Shown: one piece after another, positions 1 through 12,040 of the stretch | Position numbering within the stretch: the first letter of the stretch is position 1 | Layout of the letters: every line of letters begins with the position of its first letter | The notes under the pieces: generated by a model | Databases searched by the model: none | What the model was told of the DNA's origin: nothing | The model's input: only the letters and a program-made list of their open reading frames with translations | Program-made: the position numbers and the translations under genes | Assembly (NCBI GenBank): GCA_951406725.2 | Contig: OX597826.1 | Location: 15,872,001 to 15,936,000 of the forward strand | From: Octopus vulgaris | Taxonomy: Eukaryota | Direction of reading: 5' to 3' | Length of the DNA: 64,000 bases

Positions 1-503
1 AAACTAGTCGGAGATGGTAACAGAAAATCAGCATAACAGAACCATAACTGGCATAGATAGGTTTCGTATCTCTACTTCCATAGATCAATTCCCATTTAAA
101 ACGTCCTGCATTTTTGTTTGCTTCATAAAATAGTGCCATTTAATCTTGCTGAATTCTATATATACATCTATAACGTTCTCCAAACGTTGCTGCATTTCGA
201 CTTTATTTGAAACACACACACATCTCAATCACAAGACATTCACACGATTTAAATACTTCTAAAATATCTACAATATTTTCACTTTAGTAATCGTTCTTAA
301 ATTTAATTTAAGCGGTTTTTTCTGCCATTTGCTTTTCAGAGTATATCCTGGGTAAATCTTCTCTCTCTGCTACAAATGTTTCCATCTCCATAAGATACGC
401 AAGAATATTCGGTTATATTTCGGTCATAACAAAACTATCACCAATCCTCATTTCCTTTCTTCCAAAAGCTGACAAAGTGTTGTCACTATTCCTTCACCGT
501 GAA

Positions 504-703
504 GGTGGCCAGATGGCAACATCTTTATCACGCCGGGTAAAAGGTTTAGTGGCATTTCGTCAGTCTTCATGTTCAGCGTTCAAATTCCACCGAGGTAGAC
601 TATAACTATCATCCATTTTGGCGTCGAGAAATTAAGTATGGTTTGAGTACTGAGGCCATTGTATTCGACTTACTCATTCCCCATAATTACTGGCTTTGTG
701 AAA
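504..703 (+). mobile_element. Diverged tRNA-derived SINE (family A)
   Basis: Aligns by eye with better-preserved copies at 24989-25215 and 38905-39135 (GTTCAAATTCCACCGAGGTAGAC B-box region, ATTAAGTA...ACTGAGG...TCGACTTA). Confidence 0.65.
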
Positions 704-850
704 TGTTCTTGTTGTAATGGTAAAATTTGGCAGTAACTTTCTTAATACGCACCATCTGTTCATCGTCGTTCACGTCGCCCTTTGAAATTAAATGATAGCA
801 AAACGTTACAGTTTATCGTTGTTGCACTTAATATTTATACAAGTCTTTCT

Positions 851-2610
851 TTAACCCTTGGTCTCCCAGAGAAAATTTATACCACTAATTACCAACAGGG
901 TCCAATGGACCCAATATTTTTGTTTTTAATTTAATTTTATTTAAACTACCTCAATTTCTTAGCTACATTATATATGCTATCAGGTGAATGAAGAATTACT
1001 GTTTCATAAAAATTTTAATTAATAAAATACAGCTTACAGAATATATTATAAATTAAAAAATTTACAAAAATACAGAATTACAAGTTTTCATTGCAGTGAT
1101 TGCAGACATTGGAATGTTCTCGGCAAACATGGATTTTACAATTCTTACATGTAGTGTGAGTTTTCCTGTCTATTCGTGTGTATGTGGTGAGGGGCTCACA
1201 AAGACGATCTTACCTTTTTCTGTGGCTGAGGAATCTCAAATGAGGTTGAAGAATGTCTTCTTTTCTTGTTTTGCCGAGAATCTTTAGCGGAAATAGAAGA
1301 TTGTTCGTCATGTTCTTATTCAGCATTAACTCCTTTCCTAACTGAATTAGGCTCTGTCTCCTTTTATCCTTGAAACTTTGCAAGTGAAGATGTTTAGCAA
1401 CAAAGAAAGCATTCACTGCACTTATATCAATCATGTTGTAGAATATAACCAGAAGCCATCTTCAAGTCATTATTTTGCAAGTGTATGTCATTACCATCTT
1501 ATTTAGGGTATCCACTACTCCTTTTGTTTTGTTGCAACAGGTAATAACTTTAGGTTTCTTTTCAGTACTTTTGGAATCAATTGAAGGCTAAGAGTGCATT
1601 GTACTAAAAAGTGGGACTACATAATTTTTCTTGGGAGAATAAGTTAGGCTATAGAATCATTTCGAAATCCAAATATTGTGCTGTTGATTTCTCCTCTTCC
1701 GTTTGTGAAAACACTTGGAAGTTCAACTCTGTTCTTTCTCATTGTTCCAACTAAAGTAGTTTTCTTCCTAAGCAGCTTTCGAGCCAATCCTAGACTTGTA
1801 AAAAAAATATCAAAAGTTATATGCAACCAGTATTTTCAAGGTATTTTACTAGGCCTTCAACGACTCTTGGACCTTGATTTGTCTTTCTCCCTTTTACTGG
1901 GTCTTTTCCAATGTAGATTTGCATTTTCCGGACATGTTTCACTGTCGCATAATGTACAAATTTTAATTCCATATTTCTCTGGATTTGAAAGAATATATAC
2001 CGGGAGTGGACAGCGCCCTCTGAATGAAACTAATTGTTCATCAACTGTCATGCAAGAACTTGGAACATATACATCTTGCAAGTTCTGATTCCACATTTCA
2101 AATAATTCCCTTATGGGCTCCAATTTATCATCACTTCTATTAGTTCTTCTTGCACTAGCATCATCAAAACGTAATACTAGTAAAATATATTGAACTCTTA
2201 TCCGGCTCAGAATTTTGTTGAATTTTGGGCGGCCATCTTCTTGACTCCATAACTGTGTGACATTTTTCGTGTTTAGATTTATAAACACCTATAAGAATAA
2301 TCAATTCAATAAATGTATTTCGTTCAGAGTGATCAGTTTCCTTCCATTTATCTTCGTAAACAATCTGACATTCAGCATTTGTTCATTTGCGAATTACTAC
2401 AAGAGGATTCTGGCGCATAAAGATATTAAGACCTTTTAGCAAAACCTTTTAGCAAAGTGGGATTGTCCACATTCTGGGCGAACATTATTGCAAGATGAAA
2501 TTCTTATTGCTGCTTGAATAAGAGGATTAAAACGCCAGACATTTTGTCTGTCTCTAGAAACATAGTACTCATTCATAATAGGGTATCTTCATTATCTGAT
2601 GACATAGAAC
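851..2610 (-). mobile_element. Decayed piggyBac DNA transposon: transposase pseudogene plus one terminus
   Basis: Minus-strand fragments carry piggyBac motifs LRFDD..., TVDEQLVSFRGRCP...KYGIK, FFTSL..RKLL...TTLVGTMRKNRVELP and MIDISAVNAF, plus a C-terminal Cys-rich domain (TCKNCKIHVCREHSNVCNHCN, stop at 1078-1080). TTAA at 851-854 is followed by CCCTT, the typical piggyBac end. Multiple frameshifts and stops. Confidence 0.9.
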
Positions 2611-2620
2611 CTCAACTGTC

Positions 2621-2879
2621 CGTTGTGTAAAACAACAAAAAAATGATGGTAAATATCCGTCAAATGTAAATAATGTAGATAATTCCTAATCTCTTAAATA
2701 TAGAACTGTATCATTGGATCTAGTTATTGTCGCCTGACTCATAATGTCACAAGTATATTTAACAATACATGATACCACTACGCCATATGCCCGTGGGCAC
2801 ATGACGTAGTGGTTAAGAGCACGGGCTACTAACCCCAAGATTCCGAGTTCGATTCCAGGCAGTGGCCTAATTAATAATG

Positions 2880-2919
<40 letters not shown>

Positions 2920-3209
2920 TGATGATGATGATGATGAATAATAATAAAAATAATAACAACAACCACAACAACAACAACAACATCGATATTACCTTAGGAA
3001 TGAGAACCCAGGTTCGAAATTTCCCCAAGACACCTGTTGAAGGCTGACATTTTGTGTTAACAACAAACAAGATGAGGACAAATATCCTCCAAATATAAAT
3101 AATATAAATAATGTTCATAATTCCTGAACGCGTAAATATAGAACTGTATCATTGGATCTAGATATTGTCACCTGACTCGTAATGTCACACGTATATTTAA
3201 CAATACATA
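2621..3209 (+). mobile_element. Non-autonomous retroelement: ~150-bp direct repeats around a tRNA-like Pol III head, a (TAA)n tract and a hammerhead remnant
   Basis: Direct repeats at 2621-2770 and 3052-3209. tRNA-like segment at 2795-2868 has A-box-like TGACGTAGTGG and B-box GTTCGATTC. ACAC-CTGTTGA-A-GGCTG...GTGT at 3030-3057. Confidence 0.7.
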
Positions 3210-3354
3210 TCAAAATATGACGGATATTTCTGCTTTTCCATCTTGATTTAAGGGCCTACTTTCGAATTACCATCATCGAATTCTTATTTCGATTTCAAGA
3301 ATATATTTCAGGTCGGTTCTGAATGGTTATCAACAATTTTTTCTCACTACACAA

Positions 3355-3505
3355 GGCGCAAGAGTGGCTGCGTAGTAAGTAGCTTGCTTACCAACCACAT
3401 GGTTACGGGTTCAGTCCCAGTACGTGGTATATTGCGCAAGTATATTCTACTATAGTCTGAAGTCTTCTACTTTTGACGGAAACTGAAAGAAGCCCGTCGT
3501 ATCTA
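3355..3505 (+). mobile_element. tRNA-derived SINE family B, head
   Basis: GGCGCAAGAGTGGCTGCGTAGTAAG...GGGTTCAGTCCCA...GACGGAAACTGAAAGAAGCCCGTCG. Matches copies at 29744 and 52305. Confidence 0.8.
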
Positions 3506-3507
3506 TG

Positions 3508-3589
<82 letters not shown>

Positions 3590-3591
3590 TA

Positions 3592-3800
3592 TAAGAAATT
3601 AAAAAAGGAAAATACGCACACTATTTTTTCTTAGGAAGAAATACCTATTCAAATAAGTAAAACATAGTATCATGAATAGCGATAGCGAAACCGGTCGATA
3701 CATCAAAATTATATTAAAACTATGTAAGTGTGCGTATTTCCCTTTTTTAATTTCTTATATACATTACAACTCACCACGTGGGAATAATCGAAATTCCTCT
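3592..3800 (+). mobile_element. PLE pseudo-LTR-like fragment with a short inverted repeat
   Basis: 3592-3621 is the reverse complement of about 3728-3757, and the interval encloses a hammerhead-like motif. Confidence 0.5.
3667..3701 (+). ncRNA. Minimal type I hammerhead ribozyme variant (A3-U8 core)
   Basis: GTATC|ATGAATA|GC-GATA-GC|GAAA|CCG|GTC|GATAC: 5-bp stem I, 2-bp stem II, palindromic ACCGGT stem III region, GUC cleavage triplet. Confidence 0.7.
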
Positions 3801-3837
3801 TTTCTGTTAATACTACTATATATATATATAAATATGA

Positions 3838-4050
3838 CTGTGTGTCTGTGTTTGTACCCTACCATCACTTGATAACTGATGTTGGTGTGTTTACATCTCT
3901 GTAACTTAGTGATTCGGCAAAAGAAACAAATAGAATAAGGACTAAGGTTAGAAAGAATAAGTCCTGGGATCGATTTGTTCGTCTAAAGGCGGTACTCTAG
4001 CAGGCCTGCAATCAAATGACTGAAACAAATAAAAGAATAAAAGAAAGAGT
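3838..4050 (+). mobile_element. SINE family B, 3' part
   Basis: TGTGTTTGTACCCTACCATC...GTAACTTAGTGATTCGGCAAAAG...AATGACTGAAACAA. Homologous to 11885-12040, 46870-47090 and 52082-52245. Confidence 0.75.
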
Positions 4051-4580
4051 ATGATTAATGGACATCCGTTGCTCTTTGCAATCATCCATGCTTACAAATT
4101 ATTTCATTTAAATACTGGATTGAAATCGCATCACAAACATAGCACTTTTACTATCCATAATATTGCGATGTATAGATGGTCGTCTGTGACACACATCGAT
4201 ATAATTCATCTTCTAAATCATTTATCTTATATCATTTCCATGCTTTGTTCTATGCATTTGTTCCGGGTCTTAATATCTGTTATCCTTCAGATAACATTCA
4301 CCTGAATAATGCATATCACAACTGCACTATCCCTATGAACAGAAATCTCAAAAACGTTATAAAATATGATCATATCAATCTTGTCTCACACAGCAACATA
4401 AAACATAATCAATATTTTCGAAGAAAGCTACAAACCCGTAGAATATTGTCAATATTCAACTTGATCTCTCAAGATCACTTTAAATGCCAGCCCACGACAT
4501 CACTGATTGTTTAACTCAGGAATCACACATTTGCAACAGCAAATTTATGTCACGAAAATTGACCTTTATTTTTAGAGTTT

Positions 4581-4876
4581 GAGGTACATGGGCTAGTGGT
4601 TAGAGCAGCGGACTCGGATTTAAGGGATGACGAGTTCGAATCTAAGACTGAGCGATGTGTATGTTTATGAGCGAAACACTTAAGCTCCACGCAGCCCCGA
4701 CAGAAGGTAATGGCGAACTTCAGCTGACTCTTTCGCCACAACTTTCTCTCACTCTTTCTTCCTGCATCTAGTAGCTCACCTGTGACGGACCGGCGTCCCG
4801 TTAAGGTGGGGAACCTATACGTCAATGAAACTGGGAGACCGGCCCTTATGAACCAGGAATGGCTCGAGAAGGAACG
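4581..4876 (+). mobile_element. tRNA-derived SINE family C
   Basis: A-box-like TGGGCTAGTGG and B-box GTTCGAATC. Shares head and core (CTTTCGCCACAACTTTCTCTCACTC) with 60595-60894. Confidence 0.75.
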
Positions 4877-4889
4877 AAAAACAACTACA

Positions 4890-5420
4890 TAACTAGCTAT
4901 GTATCTATATATTGAAGAAACGATATCCTTAAGAACACTTCATGTGATGATGTGAATCTACTGAATGTTCTATACAAGAATCCTTTCATCTGACTTCCAC
5001 GAATAATTTCCAGAAAACTATGTTCCGGGGCAATTCCTTTTTCCGGTGAAAATTGACGGTATCGCTTGCGCGGTTTTCCCGAGCCTATCAGAGCAAGAAG
5101 GTATGAACGAAGCCTTGAACGCAACATTTCAAGTGTCGAACACATACATTTTGTAAGAAATGTTTTGAGTAGTCGCTGAAGCATGGATGTTGGATCTCGC
5201 TATTTATGAAGTACGTCATGGTCAAGCAATATAATCACGACACTTGTTGATGATTTGTCTGTAGGTGCAGCGCGTACCTTGAGATCCCGAATCCAGAATA
5301 TTAAAAACCCCAACTTCTATCGCTTTTGTCAGAGCCATGCATTTCAGAAGTACTACAGTGTCTTCAATGTTATTTTGCAAGTCGGTTTTCCCTGTTTCGA
5401 CTGGACAACCATTGAACACC
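4890..5420 (-). pseudogene. Possible very old PLE-type reverse transcriptase remnant
   Basis: Minus-strand frames give PTDKSSTSVVII (cf. ADKG..VVI) and IGSGKPRK (cf. YGLPKIHK) in the expected order. Weak, interrupted match. Confidence 0.25.
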
Positions 5421-5924
5421 TGTGAGATGTATAATTCTAGCTAATTATATAATTTTAGATATATCATTTTAGCTTCATATACATTTAGAAATACAGAGGG
5501 CCGCGCGCATTATTTTGTTCCTTCATAATAGCTATACACGTAACGCGTCTTCTTCTTCCATGATACACACACAGCTGTGTATTTTTATGTAATCTAACTT
5601 ACTCAAGAATAGGCAAAACATTCAACGTCACACATATCTTGCACCCATCCTTTATCTTTCTTTTAGCAATGAAATTTATTTCCCTCCCAAAACTTACCAA
5701 TTGATCTGTAATCATGATTAAAAATCGACTCGCTGCAAATACTTCTGTTACGGAAAAACAAAGCTACTCTCCGTTCTGCCTATATTTAATCTTGTATTTA
5801 ATGAATAACATACTGTCCGAAACTGGAGTAGAATTTTATTTTTGTTCTTACTGCGTCTCGTCTACTAATAGATTTGTTTTGTATTTGCTTGTCAACCTTT
5901 TATGATGTTCCCTTGAAATTTTCA

Positions 5925-6945
5925 GCATGTTGGCGCAGAAATTACGTCCGCCTTTCTTCGGGGATTTATATTTCGGATTAAATTTCTTCTTTTGCTATCA
6001 TTCTTAGGGCACCTATGACAACAGGTATTGTATTAGTCTTCAGGTTACACATTTTGCCAATTTCTATTTCAAGATCATTATACTTGGTCAGTTTTTCGTA
6101 GGTCTTGACAGATACATTTATGTCGATTGGGACAATCATCGATGAGGAGGCATGGTTTTTGTCTGGTCTTTCAATGTAATTTCTGGCCTATTCGCATCAA
6201 TCTTTCTGTCAGTTTTGAACAGTGAATTTCCAGATGAGTGAGATGTGATCATTTTGAAACACTGGGGGCCGTTTGTATTCCCACCAGTGTTTATCATGGG
6301 GCAGGTCCAGGTGTTTGTAAATTAACCAGAGAATGTATTGTGCTGCTCTATCATGCCTGTTGACATACTCTGTAGGCGCAAGAAGACTTCACATGGAGAT
6401 AAAATGATAAATGGTTTCATTTTGTTGTTTATATACACGACATGTTGGGCCAAACAAAAGAGGACTGTTGATAGAGTGTCACACTGGAAAATTCCACATG
6501 ACATTCATACATCTCCAGCATTGAGAAAGGCATTGTCACTGATCAAAGTCTGTGTGGTTCTCCATGTTTTCATACTTACAGACTAGAGGTTTCTCAGTTC
6601 TATTTTATACGTTTTCCAGACATCTCTTAATCCAGCTATGTGGTAGACTAGCAAAAACTTTTTTATAGTCTAACCAGACTATCGACAAGTTTTTGTGTCC
6701 TTTGTGATAATGTTCCAATATCATCTTATTGATGAGTAGCTGATCCCAACAACCATATGACCTACGTTTAGATCCTTTTGCTCATTAGGGAATACGCCAC
6801 TTTTTATTAAAACACATTAGGTATATTCAGTGAAGACAGATGTTAGTATTTTATACACTGTTGTTAAGCAGGTTATGGGTCTATAATTTTTGGTTCATTT
6901 GTTTTGGAAGTAGGAATGTTATGACTTTAGCTAGCCAAGAGGGTA
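5925..6945 (-). mobile_element. R4/Dong-like non-LTR retrotransposon fragment with internal deletion
   Basis: Reverse strand gives EQKG..RRSYGC.DQLLINKMILE (RT start) near 6700-6790, and ANRPEI, YEKLTKYNDLEIE and TIPVVIG (REL endonuclease) near 6000-6200. Abuts a (TTA)n tract. Confidence 0.8.
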
Positions 6946-6961
6946 GCATAATAGGTTGTTG

Positions 6962-7187
<226 letters not shown>

Positions 7188-7191
<4 letters not shown>

Positions 7192-7900
7192 TAGTTTTAA
7201 TTTTATAGCGTGATTGCACTTCACTACCGAGCGCAGCTCTATGTGCCTTGGGTATGTGCTGAGATTTGTTGTGATGCTCTGAGGGTTACAGTATTGAAAG
7301 TGTTTTGCGTAGGATGTGTGCAGTGCCTAGTAGTGCAATTTTCTGTATGTTATATATATTTGTAAATTCTGGTGTTTTTGTTATGTATTTGTCTGAATAT
7401 TTTTTATCATACCTAATGCGCCTACTATGAGAGGAATTGTTTCTGTTTTTAGTTGCTTCATTCGAGTTACGAGGTCTTTGTATTTAGAAAGTTTCTCCAT
7501 TTCTTTTAGAGACACGTTGTCATCTACTGGTATTAATACATCAATTAGAAAGCATTTTTTTCTTCATGATCTCTGACAACTATATCTGGCCTATTGTCCT
7601 TAAGTTCTTTATCTGTGTGTATTGGCATATCCCAGAGTATGGTTGCTTTCTCGTTTTCTGTGACCTTTTCTGGTGTGTGCCTATAACATCTTTTTTCTGT
7701 TGTTCTTCCATAATATTGGCATAGCTTCCAGTGTATGTAGGTCCCAACTCTGTCGTGTCTGTGAATATATTCCTTCTTAGCCAGGACTGGGCAGCTAGAG
7801 ATAATATGATTTATTATTTCTTGTCCATCTCCACATATTCTGCAGTTACTTGTTATGCTTCTTTTCATTATATGTTTTTGGTAACTTCTGGTGGGGAGGC
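7188..7900 (-). mobile_element. R4/Dong-like LINE, 5'-truncated copy (CCHC knuckle, REL endonuclease, 3' UTR)
   Basis: ORF 7545-7868: CRICGDGQEIINHIISSC...YIHRHD...ILWDMPIHTDK...NRPDIVV. Flanked on both sides by (TAA)n. Confidence 0.9.
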
Positions 7901-7973
<73 letters not shown>

Positions 7974-9636
7974 TATTATTATTGTTGTGGTTGCTGTTGT
8001 TGTTGCTGTTGTTGTTGTTGGTGGTGGTGTTATTGTAGTTGTTGTTGCTGTTATTATTATTGATACGATTCATTTTACCATCATTTTCGACGATTTATAC
8101 ATACACACGCATATATTAAACAAAAGAAAAATGATATTTTAAAACAACATTACACTCGTGTCAGTAGAGTGATTTGAAATGCAAGAGTATTACATTATTT
8201 TTAAGATATCGAATAACATGGCTTTATAATCACCTCATGAACTTGTATCATCTACCAGATGTCATGGCAAACTTTCCGTTAAATCCATGAGGAAAAAATA
8301 TTTATCAATGAGATTGCAACACGAAGATTAACATAGGCTAGGGATATCATATTTGCTGAGTAATCCTCGTAAGGTATGTAGTGTTAGAGAAGAGTGGTTG
8401 AATAAGCATATATAATTCATAACTTCAAATTTACTACTTATCAAGGGATATTAAAAATTGATGACAAAACAGCTAGCTGTATTCTAAAATGATATAAGCT
8501 TATCGTGCTTATACATACATATATATTTTTTGAAGCAGTTCCTGAATATCAAGTTAACCGATTTCATTTTCCTCCCTATATTTACATACAAAATATATAT
8601 TTACGTAGGATCAAGAAACGAAAATTTCACATTTAATACATTTGCTAAAACTTATTGCCATGCAGTTTATATACAGAAAACTTTTGATTTCATCATTACT
8701 CATAACACCCTCTTCTTTAGTACTGATTTCTAATCTACAGTATTTTAAGTTTTAAATAAATGCGTTTCAATTTTAAGTGAATCATACGTGCTATCGTCTA
8801 ACTTCATTAAAAATATAAACCATTTTCATATACGAAATATAATATTTGTTTGCTTATAAATAAACACAGTTTCAATTGATAATGATTTACTATTTACTAT
8901 GTGGAATTTTATAAAAGAAATTCTAAAAAGTATGCTTTTAGTTGTCATTCTCGACATATTTCCAAACTGGAAAGAGATTCTGATAGTGAGTTCGTAGATG
9001 GTTTATACTGTAATATGCTTTGAACGATTAAATTTGTTATTGTTAGGTCACGTCATTGTAAAGATCTATTCACCAAAATAGATATTAACGTGCTAGCAAC
9101 CACATATAAATCGCAATATTTGTGCATAATTCTCGTTGATTTCATAAGAAAATATATTAATGCAATTTGTTTACTTTAAAAGAACAGGGCACTATGCGAA
9201 CTCGATGATGGAACAGACAATTAGTATGAAATTGATTTACTAGCAAAAAGGAGTCAGAACATGTTTCTGTGTTCAATAAAATGATACGATTGACAATGTG
9301 TAGTAGATGGTGCTCAATATGTATATATTACTTCGGAAGTACGGTAATAGACGATATAGTGAGTTAGGTGTATGTCATTGAGACAAATTTCGAAAATATT
9401 ATTACATATCAGACATTGCCAGAAGCATTTGGAATTTACATTTTCATTTTAAAAAAGTTGTTTCCTCCAACCTAATGAAAAATTATTGGTAAATATCATG
9501 TACGTTACAATTACACAATCACTTAGTTATCTATATCAATAATGTTACAGCACTTCGTCAGTTGATGATATTAAATCACTGTACATATATACATACATAC
9601 ACGCATGCATATATACATAATTACATATATATAAAA

Positions 9637-9980
9637 GGGTAAAGACCCCCTTCGGTCAGGCACTGACCATGGGTTTGCACCTAGAGAGATACCCTCTGAG
9701 GCACAAGTCTGGGCAAGGTTTCTTTTTATGGAAGACCAGCAGTCGCCCATGCATACCGGCCTCCCCTCTCCACGTCACCGATGTTGTCCAAGGGAAAGGC
9801 AAGGGCCGATACAGCTTGGCACCTGTGACGTCGCAACTCATTTCTATAGCTGAGTGAACTGGAGCAACGTGAAATAAAGTGCCTTGCTCAAGAACACAAC
9901 ACGCACCCCGTCCGGGATTCGAGCTCACAACCTCACGATCGTAAGCTCGACGCTCTAACCACTGAGCCCTGCGCCTTCAC
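9637..9980 (-). mobile_element. tRNA-derived SINE family D
   Basis: Reverse complement starts GTGAAGGCGCAGGGCTCAGTGGTTAGAGCG...GCTCGAATCCC (A and B boxes), followed by TTGAGCAAGGCACTTTATTTCACGTTGCTCCAG core. Confidence 0.8.
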
Positions 9981-10028
9981 ATATTATATATATATATGTA
10001 TATGTATATATTATAATATATTTATATA

Positions 10029-10109
<81 letters not shown>

Positions 10110-10214
10110 GCATACATATTTACATGCATAGATATGTACATATATACCTATATCTCTAACTACTTATCTATATGTATAAGAGTATATGTGCATTTTCTCT
10201 TCTTTTTCTTTCTG

Positions 10215-10269
<55 letters not shown>

Positions 10270-10280
<11 letters not shown>

Positions 10281-10660
10281 GAATGATCAACAGGAAGAAA
10301 AAGACAATGCTTCAAAGGAAAGGGATACGTGGAAGACGGGGGAAAGTGAGTAGAGAAAATAAAGAGAAACATTTCAGGTCCGAATGGGAATGCTAGTCTA
10401 AGGCTAAGAGTTTTGAAACAAGGATGAATCGTTGAATTGTGTATATTTATAGGAGGGAAAATGATGTGTATGGAAACGGACATTGAGGGATGTCTGTGAT
10501 TGGGATTTGTTTTGCCGGGATGCGTACACCGTGGGAGCAGGTAGTGAGTTCTGGATGTGTGTAACTGTGTAAGTTCTGGATGTGTGTAACTGTGTAACTG
10601 TGCAAGACGAATGCGTAAATAAGGGAATTCAAGAAGATGTAGTAGGTGACAACATAATAT
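10270..10660 (-). mobile_element. Degenerate PLE 3' (GIY-YIG end) fragment
   Basis: Reverse strand NPNHRHPSMSVS...RFIL resembles a PLE endonuclease C-terminus. Lies next to a pseudo-LTR family J copy. Weak. Confidence 0.35.
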
Positions 10661-10744
10661 ATATATACACATACATGATATTTATATATATATATTGCTA
10701 ACATTTACCTAAAACATGTGTAGAAACAACACGCTGATGTATTA

Positions 10745-10930
10745 GTTTAATGCTCTAGAAGAATGGAACAGTTTTTTTTTTTTGTTTCGAGCCTTCGCTC
10801 TTCAACAAGAAGGATTAAGACAGAAGAAAAGGAGAGAGTAGGAAAAAGAAACGGTGACAGAAAATTACATTTTATAGCGGGGTTAACGTTGCAACATGAC
10901 GAAATAGACAGAAGGCTGAATGAAAGAGAG
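10745..10930 (-). mobile_element. Pseudo-LTR-like repeat family J with hammerhead-like motif
   Basis: Reverse complement TTGTTGAAGAGCGAAGGCTCGAAAC at about 10784-10808. Confidence 0.6.
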
Positions 10931-11039
10931 CCAAATGTATGCATATGTGTTTGTGTGCGCACACACACACATACACCCACGCGCGCATATTATCCTTATT
11001 TATAAATATATATATATATATATATATAAATTTGCACTT

Positions 11040-11245
11040 AAGGTTACTTCAGAAATGTAATTTCATAAGGATTGTTGGCGATTTTCTCTTTGAATTTTAT
11101 CCTTTCCCGTGGAGAGCTATGCTCGAAACATTAACGACTTTATCCTTTCACCGAGCATCAAATTACTGCATTGCCTGTGAACCCCCTATGTTGATCTTTT
11201 CCCTTTTTTCTTTGTTTTTTAATTGTCTGCTCTCTGAAGTGATTA
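11040..11245 (+). mobile_element. Pseudo-LTR-like repeat family J
   Basis: CCGTGGAGAGCTATGCTCGAAACATTAACGAC at about 11107-11138, followed by CCGAGCATCAAATTA as in other J copies. Confidence 0.6.
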
Positions 11246-11258
11246 ATCGTATATATAT

Positions 11259-11384
<126 letters not shown>

Positions 11385-11611
11385 TCATGTGTGTATCTGT
11401 GTGTATGCGTGTATGCGTGTTTGTCTGTGAGGGAGTAATCCAAGGCTAATGCACGACAGACAACAGTTAAGATATCCTGATCAGTTACCTTCCGTTATGT
11501 GCATAATTAGTTATTTGTTTCGAAATGCTCTACACCTCGTGTACCATCGTGCATTCTTAACCTAACTAGACCCGATTACCAACATTCCATTACTGTATAG
11601 TTGAAATGTCA

Positions 11612-11769
11612 TAGGCCTTCTTGTGAGGTAAGATTCTTACTTCCCAACCACATAATTCTAGGTTCAGTCCAACCGCGTGACAAACTAGGTAAGTTTCCTC
11701 CACTATAACCTCGGACCCAACAAAACCTGTAGGGGGACATAATAAACGGAAATTTAAAAAAAGCATTTC

Positions 11770-11770
<1 letters not shown>
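11612..11770 (+). mobile_element. Diverged SINE family B head
   Basis: CCCAACCACATAATTCTAGGTTCAGTCC...ACTATAACCTCGGACC...ACGGAAATTTAAA. Confidence 0.6.
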
Positions 11771-11841
<71 letters not shown>

Positions 11842-11884
11842 ATGTGTGTCTGTGTGTATGTACGTATGTATATGTTTATGTGTG

Positions 11885-12040
11885 TCTGTGTTTTTTCTGG
11901 CTTCGTTTCTTCCTCCAGCATTTGACAAACAGCACCGATTTGAGGAAGATTTTGTGGAATACAGTGCTGTTCCTTTTTTTTGAAACCTGGTACTTATTCT
12001 ATCGGTATCTTTTGCGGAACCGCTAGTTGACGGGCACATA
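11885..12040 (-). mobile_element. SINE family B 3' part, reverse orientation
   Basis: GGTACTTATTCTATCGGTATCTTTTGCGGAACCGCTAG is the reverse complement of the 3838-4050 family sequence. Confidence 0.65.

Noticed and set aside
2596-2602. CTGATGA as a hammerhead core
   Set aside because: No stem II or GAAA follows. It lies in the acidic N-terminal coding part of the piggyBac remnant on the minus strand.
2795-2868. tRNA gene with apparent ACT anticodon
   Set aside because: Poor acceptor and T-stem pairing, and it is embedded in a repeat unit. Treated as a tRNA-derived head.
5222-5419. O-methyltransferase-like N-terminus (KAIEVGVFNIL) after a CAG acceptor
   Set aside because: The frame ends in stops with no good donor, and neighbouring frames fit a decayed retroelement equally well.
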